Positions 58,780-64,000 of a stretch of 64,000 nucleotides of DNA are shown piece after piece; the stretch's first letter is position 1, and the number at the start of each line of letters is the position of its first letter. A program made the translations under genes and the position numbers. The stretch covers positions 70,845 through 134,844 of the forward strand of contig CAIMSU010000162.1 in the NCBI GenBank assembly GCA_903844155.1, given 5' to 3'. The notes beneath the pieces are model-generated. The model saw nothing but the letters and a program-made list of their open reading frames with translations. It was not told the origin of the DNA and ran no database searches. This DNA comes from an uncultured Pseudomonadota bacterium. Its GTDB lineage: Bacteria > Myxococcota_A > UBA796 > SXON01.

Positions 58780-59935
58780 GCCCGATGTATCAATTCCGAC
58801 GACGTCAGTTTTCGTACATTCCGGACTCTCCCCGATCTCCGCGCGGGCGATCGAAGCCGCGGGCCTCGGTGACATCCGCGAAAAGGTCCTGGCCCGGGAG
58901 CGGCTGACCTACGACGATGGCGTTCGGCTCTACAATACGGGTGAGATCGCGGTGCTCGGCGCGCTCGCAAACCTCGACCGCGAACGCCGGTGGGGCGACC
59001 TGACGTTCTTCAATCGGAATCTCCACGTGAACGCGACGAACGTGTGCGAGGCGAGCTGCATCTTCTGCAGCTTCGCACGCCTGAAGACGGGCGACGCGGG
59101 CGCGTACACGATGGCGCTGGACGAGGCGGTTGGGCGCGTGCGCGCGCTGAAGGACGAGCTGATCACTGAGGTCCACATCGTGAACGGGTTGAACCCGGAC
59201 CTGCCCTGGGCCTACTACGTCGATCTTCTGAAGGCGATCAAGGACGAACGCCCGGACCTCCACATCAAGGGGTTCACCGCCGTGGAGATCCACTACTTCG
59301 CCGAGAAGTTCGGCAAGACCTACGAGGAGGTGCTCACCGAGCTGATCGCCGCGGGTCTGGGCTCGTTGCCGGGCGGCGGCGCCGAGATCTTCCACCCCCG
59401 CGCTCGCAAGAAGCTGTGCCACGACAAGGTCGACGCGGACGGCTGGCTTGAGGTCCACCGCGTCGCCCATCGTCTCGGCCTGCGCACGAACGCAACCATG
59501 CTCTTCGGCAGCATCGAGACGCTCCCCGAGCGCATCGATCACATGGTTCGTCTACGCGAATTGCAGGACGAGACCCACGGCTTCCAGACCTTCATCCCCC
59601 TGCGCTTCCATCACGAGAACAACCGCCTCGCGCGTGTGAAGGAGCCCACCGGCTTCGATTCGCTGCGGACCTACGCGATCAGTCGGTTGATGCTCGATAA
59701 TTTCGACCACATCAAGGCGTACTGGATCATGCTCGGCCAGAAGCTGGCGCAGGTCTCGCTGGCGTTCGGCGTGGACGACCTGGACGGCACGGTCCGCGAA
59801 GAGCGCATCTACCACATGGCCGGGGCCAGGACGCCGCAGGAATTGACCCGTGCGGAGCTGGTCAATCTCATCCGCCACGCGGGTCGGGTGCCAGTGGAGC
59901 GGGACACGCTTTACAACGTTGTCGCGGAGTGCTGA
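58772..59935 (+). CDS. Radical-SAM menaquinone (futalosine pathway) enzyme, MqnE/MqnC family
   Basis: NATNVCEASCIFCSFAR is a CxxxCxxC cluster. The CofH/Mqn-like layout includes a C-terminal DDLDGT motif. The GTG start overlaps the ubiX stop by 8 nt. I cannot separate MqnE from MqnC by eye. Confidence 0.8.
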   Translation: MTEPDVSIPTTSVFVHSGLSPISARAIEAAGLGDIREKVLARERLTYDDGVRLYNTGEIAVLGALANLDRERRWGDLTFFNRNLHVNATNVCEASCIFCSFARLKTGDAGAYTMALDEAVGRVRALKDELITEVHIVNGLNPDLPWAYYVDLLKAIKDERPDLHIKGFTAVEIHYFAEKFGKTYEEVLTELIAAGLGSLPGGGAEIFHPRARKKLCHDKVDADGWLEVHRVAHRLGLRTNATMLFGSIETLPERIDHMVRLRELQDETHGFQTFIPLRFHHENNRLARVKEPTGFDSLRTYAISRLMLDNFDHIKAYWIMLGQKLAQVSLAFGVDDLDGTVREERIYHMAGARTPQELTRAELVNLIRHAGRVPVERDTLYNVVAEC

Positions 59936-59972
59936 GCGCGTGAGCGCCGGCTGGGCAGGGTAGCTTTCATCG

Positions 59973-61196
59973 ATGCTCCCTTTCCGCTCGCTCGTGCTGG
60001 CCCTTGCGTTGCTCGCCGTCGCAGGGTGCGGCTGTGACCACTGCCTGAAGTCCGAGGGGGCTGCCTTCATCGCCCCGGACCTCCCCGGCCCCTACGGCGT
60101 CAGCGCCACGACGATGACCTGGATGGACGCACGCGGGATTACCCTCACCGCCGAAGTGTGGTATCCAATCGCCCTCAATTCCGACGGCAGCCTCCCCTGC
60201 ACGCCAAAGCCCTACCCCGAGATCCCCATCACCGGTCAGGCCTGCCGGGACCAGGCCCCCTACGGCCCGCTCTCACCCTTTCCCGTCGTCGCTTTCTCCC
60301 ACGGTAACGCCGGGATTCGCTTCCAGTCCATCTTCCTCACCGAGTCCCTCGCGCAGCACGGCTACGTCGTCGTCGCTCCGGACCACCCGCACGACACGCT
60401 GCTCGACTTCGACGAAACCCAGCTTGGAACCGTCGCCATGCGCCGGCCTGGCGACATCACGTCCGCGGTTGATGAGCTGGTGATGCGCGTGGCCGGGAAC
60501 GACTCGGGAGAGTTGGCGACCTCCGGTGCCCGGGTCGACCTTTCGGGCATCGCCGACGCGTCCGAATTCGGCATGTCCGGCCATAGTTTCGGCGGCTGGA
60601 CCACGTTCGCGGTCGCTGGCGGGCAGATCGATGTGGCGGGGCTGATCACCTTCTGCACCGACGCGACCAACGCAGCCGTCGGCTACGACCTCTGTCGCAT
60701 CATCGGCCTTCTCCCCGAAGGGACGACCAACGCCGACTTTGACCCACCCGACCCGCGCGCGACGTCTGCGCTGTCGATGGCGCCCGCGGGCTGGTACAGC
60801 TTCGCTCCCGGCGCGGTCGGCACCGAACCGAACGGCCTCGACAACGTGCCGCCCACCTTGCTCTTCGGCGGATCGAAGGACGACTCTGAGACCGTCGCCA
60901 ACGAGATCCAGCCGCTCTACGATAGGCTACCCGTCACGATTGAGGGCACCGAGAACGCCCTGGGCATCCTCCAGAACGCCGGCCACTACGCGTTCACCGA
61001 CATCTGCCTGATTGGCGACATCCAGCCCGACTGTCAGGAGGAGGCCGGCGGCTACATCAACCTCGACGAGGCCCACAGCATCGTGTCCGAGCTGGCGATC
61101 GCGTGGTTCGGTGTGTACCTGGAGCACGACTCGGCCTACCAGCCCTACCTTGACAAGGCGGCGGGTGAGTGGGCGGACCTGGCGTACGCGAAATAG
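59973..61196 (+). CDS. Alpha/beta hydrolase lipoprotein (PAF-acetylhydrolase/dienelactone-hydrolase-like)
   Basis: The lipobox is LVLALALLAVAGC. PVVAFSHGNAG is present, and GMSGHSFGG is the nucleophile elbow. Confidence 0.75.
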   Translation: MLPFRSLVLALALLAVAGCGCDHCLKSEGAAFIAPDLPGPYGVSATTMTWMDARGITLTAEVWYPIALNSDGSLPCTPKPYPEIPITGQACRDQAPYGPLSPFPVVAFSHGNAGIRFQSIFLTESLAQHGYVVVAPDHPHDTLLDFDETQLGTVAMRRPGDITSAVDELVMRVAGNDSGELATSGARVDLSGIADASEFGMSGHSFGGWTTFAVAGGQIDVAGLITFCTDATNAAVGYDLCRIIGLLPEGTTNADFDPPDPRATSALSMAPAGWYSFAPGAVGTEPNGLDNVPPTLLFGGSKDDSETVANEIQPLYDRLPVTIEGTENALGILQNAGHYAFTDICLIGDIQPDCQEEAGGYINLDEAHSIVSELAIAWFGVYLEHDSAYQPYLDKAAGEWADLAYAK

Positions 61197-61249
61197 AGGT
61201 CGACGCCGTCGGCGCCGCGCGATGCGCGCGTTATTCCTTGGCTTTCGGG

Positions 61250-63034
61250 CTACGGGCGGCCCCCGCCACGCACGTCCTTGTACTTCGCTGTCCCGCACAT
61301 CCCCTTGATCTCACACTGCGCCTCCGCCGGCAGCGGGAACCAGCGCAAGCGCTCGTACTCCGCCGAGATCGCGTGCCCGGCCTCAAGCGGCGCCGTCGCC
61401 TGCTCCGCCTCGATCGTGGCGACCAGCCGGTGCGCCTCGGCCAGATAGGTCTGCAGCACCCACTCCGGCTCAGTCTCCCGGTGGCAGCGGTACTCCAGCT
61501 TGCCCGAGCGGTAGGTGATGTCCTGCAAGCTTCGCAATTGCCCAGACGGCGTCCCGCGGTGCACCCAGTTGCCTGGGCCCGGGATGAAGTCGTAGTGTGT
61601 CAGGAACTTCCAGCCGTGTGTCGCGACGAAGTCCACCGCGGCGAGGATGAACTCAAACTGCGCCTCCGGGATGAAATAGTTGAAATTCACCCGCGCCCAG
61701 CCGGGCTTCACGCCATGGCCACCTCGCACGATCTCCTGCTCGAAGGCCTTGGACATCGTCAGGTCGTACCCGAGCAGCCGGTGTCCGTACGGGCCCGCGC
61801 AGGAGCACCCGCCGCGCGCCTGGACGCCGAACAGGTCGTTGAGCAGCGCGACGACGAAGTTGTGGTGCAGCCAGCCGGTCGGTGCCGGGGCCCCACTCGG
61901 GCCCACGGGGGCGGAATGCTGGATGACAAAGCTGACAATGGAGAGACGCCACGCGCCCTGGTTCCCGAGGATGCTGATGTTCGGGTTTTTTGACCAGGTC
62001 TCGATCGCCCGACGGACAAAGTGGCTTTCACGCTCGTAGATCGCCGCGTGACCGACCGCCTCCTTGAGCTGGAAGACGAGGCCAGCGCGGATGCTCTCGA
62101 TGATCGCGGGCGTTCCGCCCTCCTCGCGGTGCACGGGATCCTCGTTGTAGCGATGCTCGGCGGCGCTCACGTAGACGACGGTTCCGCCGCCGGGCATGGC
62201 CGGGACGGTGTTCTGGAACAGATGACGCTTGGCGATGAGCAGGCCCGGGGTGCCCGGCCCACCGATGAATTTGTGCGGCGAGACGAAGATCGCATCCTTG
62301 TACGCCCCTTCCATGCCCGGCTCGCCGAGGTCCGGGTGGTTCATCTCGATCTGGACGTAAGGACCGGCAGCGGCGAAGTCGAAGAACGAGAGGGCGCCGT
62401 GCTTGTGCAGCAATTTCGAGATCGCCCACGTCTGGCTGCCGATGCCGGTGACGTTGCTTGCCGCTGAGAAGCTGCCGATCTTGAGAGGGCGGTCGGCGTA
62501 CTTCGCGAGCTGCACTTCCAATTCTGCGAGGTCGATGTGCCCGTCCCCGTCCTCGTCGATCGTAACGACATCGGCGATGCTCTCGCGCCACGGGATCTCG
62601 TTGGAGTGGTGCTCGTAGGGCCCGATGAAGACGACGGGGCGCTGATCAGCGGGGATCTGTGCGTCGAGCTTCCAGCGCGCGGCGAGGTCGTGCGGGAGGC
62701 GCAGGTTCAGCACGTCGACGAGCTTGTTGACGGCACCGGTCGCCCCCGAGCCGCAGAAGATCACCAGGTCGTCCGGCCCACCCCCGACGGCGTGATGGAT
62801 GATGCTGCGCGCGTCTTCGCGAAAACGGTTGGTTTGACGCCCCGTACCGGACATCTCCGTGTGCGTGTTGGCGTAGTAGGGCATCACCTCCGAGCGAATG
62901 AATTCTTCGATGAACGTCAGGGATCGGCCGGAGGCGGTGTAGTCGGCGTAGGTCACCCGGCGCGGCCCGTAGGGCCCGTGGATCACCTGGTCGTCGCCGA
63001 TGATCGATGCCTGGATCGTCTCGATGAGGTTCAT
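61250..63034 (-). CDS. Class V aminotransferase-fold PLP enzyme (cysteine desulfurase-like) with a C-terminal extension
   Basis: YADYTASG, FCGSGATGAVN and FVSPHKFIGGPG (PLP lysine) are present. At 594 aa it is about 170 aa longer than a typical class V enzyme. Confidence 0.8.
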   Translation of the reverse strand: MNLIETIQASIIGDDQVIHGPYGPRRVTYADYTASGRSLTFIEEFIRSEVMPYYANTHTEMSGTGRQTNRFREDARSIIHHAVGGGPDDLVIFCGSGATGAVNKLVDVLNLRLPHDLAARWKLDAQIPADQRPVVFIGPYEHHSNEIPWRESIADVVTIDEDGDGHIDLAELEVQLAKYADRPLKIGSFSAASNVTGIGSQTWAISKLLHKHGALSFFDFAAAGPYVQIEMNHPDLGEPGMEGAYKDAIFVSPHKFIGGPGTPGLLIAKRHLFQNTVPAMPGGGTVVYVSAAEHRYNEDPVHREEGGTPAIIESIRAGLVFQLKEAVGHAAIYERESHFVRRAIETWSKNPNISILGNQGAWRLSIVSFVIQHSAPVGPSGAPAPTGWLHHNFVVALLNDLFGVQARGGCSCAGPYGHRLLGYDLTMSKAFEQEIVRGGHGVKPGWARVNFNYFIPEAQFEFILAAVDFVATHGWKFLTHYDFIPGPGNWVHRGTPSGQLRSLQDITYRSGKLEYRCHRETEPEWVLQTYLAEAHRLVATIEAEQATAPLEAGHAISAEYERLRWFPLPAEAQCEIKGMCGTAKYKDVRGGGRP

Positions 63035-63073
63035 GGCACGGTTCTAACCGGGCCGGTGCGCTACATTTGAGCC

Positions 63074-64000
63074 ATGGCCGTCCGCATCAACGATCTCATC
63101 ACCGCGTCCATCGAGCTCCGCGCGTCCGACATCCACGTCTCGGCGGGCGAGATCCCGGCGTTTCGCGTGGACGGGGAGATCCTTCGCATGAATGGGGCGC
63201 CAGCGCTATCCAACGACGACGCCCGTCGCCTCGCCTACTCGATGATGCAGGAGCGGCAGCGGACGACGTTTGAGACCACGTTGGAGACGGATTTTGCGAT
63301 CTCCTTCAAGGGCCTCGCCCGCTTCCGTGTGAACGTCTACACGCAGACGCGCGGCGTGGGGTTCGTCATGCGGCAGATCCCCACGCGCGTGCTCACGCTC
63401 GAGCAGCTCGGCCTCGGGCCAGTCTTCCAGCGGATCGCCGGCTTCAAGCGTGGCCTTGTCCTCGTCACCGGACCCACGGGATCGGGAAAGTCGACAACAC
63501 TGGCCGCGGTCATCGACTGGATCAACAAAAACCGGCGTGAGCACATCCTGACCATCGAGGATCCCGTCGAATTCGTGCACGTTCCGGACAAGTGCGTGAT
63601 CAACCAGCGAGAGGTTGGTGCGGACACGAAGAGCTTCGCAGCCGCATTGCGCTCGGCGCTGCGCGAGGATCCGGACGTCATCCTGGTCGGCGAGCTGCGC
63701 GATCTCGAGACGATCTCGCTGGCGATCTCCGCCGCGGAGACGGGGCACCTCGTTTTTGGCACCCTCCACACCAACTCGGCCCCCGAGACCGTCGACCGGC
63801 TCATCGACGCGTTCCCGCATGAGCAGCAGGGCCAGATCCGCACCATGCTCTCGACCTCGCTGCAGGCGGTCGTCTCGCAGGTGCTGCTCCGAAAGATCTC
63901 CGAGCCCGGTCGGGTGGCGTGTCAGGAGATCATGCTTTGCAACTCCGCGATCCGGAACCTCATCCGGGAGTCCAAGCTCTACCAGATCCCGTCGATGATG
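63074..64000 (+). CDS. pilT: Type IV pilus retraction ATPase PilT (3' end runs off the window)
   Basis: ASDIHV, Walker A GPTGSGKST, ILTIEDPVEF, ILVGELRD, GHLVFGTLHTN and AIRNLIRE are present. There is no stop in the window, so it is absent from the ORF track. Confidence 0.93.
   Translation, partial: MAVRINDLITASIELRASDIHVSAGEIPAFRVDGEILRMNGAPALSNDDARRLAYSMMQERQRTTFETTLETDFAISFKGLARFRVNVYTQTRGVGFVMRQIPTRVLTLEQLGLGPVFQRIAGFKRGLVLVTGPTGSGKSTTLAAVIDWINKNRREHILTIEDPVEFVHVPDKCVINQREVGADTKSFAAALRSALREDPDVILVGELRDLETISLAISAAETGHLVFGTLHTNSAPETVDRLIDAFPHEQQGQIRTMLSTSLQAVVSQVLLRKISEPGRVACQEIMLCNSAIRNLIRESKLYQIPSMM

Noticed and set aside
61197-61249. A terminator hairpin between the convergent hydrolase and aminotransferase genes.
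   Set aside because: Only 4-6 bp GC palindromes (cgac/gtcg, cgcgcg) are present. No stem is convincing enough to annotate.
63035-63073. Recurrence of the word GTTCTAAC (63040) that also occurs at 1414-1421.
   Set aside because: By a rough composition-based estimate, a second copy of this 8-mer in 64 kb on both strands is expected about 0.4 times by chance. This is too weak to call a shared regulatory motif.

Overview
The window is very GC-rich (about 70% by eye), densely coding chromosomal DNA that looks like Myxococcota. Supporting markers are two proteins ending in MYXO-CTERM-type tails, an MJ0042-type zinc-ribbon protein, a YARHG lipoprotein, an FG-GAP/MopE-like repeat protein and many lipobox lipoproteins. 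I support about 50 CDSs, one tRNA-Leu(GAG), one decayed pseudogene, several hairpins and palindromes, and a few short tandem repeats. Housekeeping genes recognised with confidence are mdh, aspartate kinase, pssA, clpB, pyrD, lepB, ubiX, a futalosine-pathway radical-SAM gene and pilT (3' end cut by the window). I found no rRNA, CRISPR array, transposase, integrase or phage genes, and nothing that resembles a known defence island. The long ORFs in the track that lie antisense to real genes are GC-driven artefacts. Several track ORFs start too far upstream and I trimmed them using signal peptides, stop/start overlaps and the tRNA. The most interesting loci are: (1) a tightly coupled ACP, fatty-acyl-AMP ligase, leaderless Omp85-type barrel and BNR-propeller/MYXO-CTERM operon (46.8-52.6 kb); (2) a 1698-aa tandem double-UvrA with four ABC ATPase domains and a LexA-box-like motif just upstream; (3) an ABC-2 exporter whose second permease is fused to a CPBP intramembrane protease; (4) a 33-nt-arm inverted repeat in an unusually long non-coding gap, next to a lipoprotein pseudogene; (5) a processive GT2 polysaccharide locus whose membrane gene overlaps an SNF2/SWIM helicase gene; (6) an orphan 569-aa beta-rich protein with no signal peptide. 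All functional calls rest on motifs read by eye. No searches were run.
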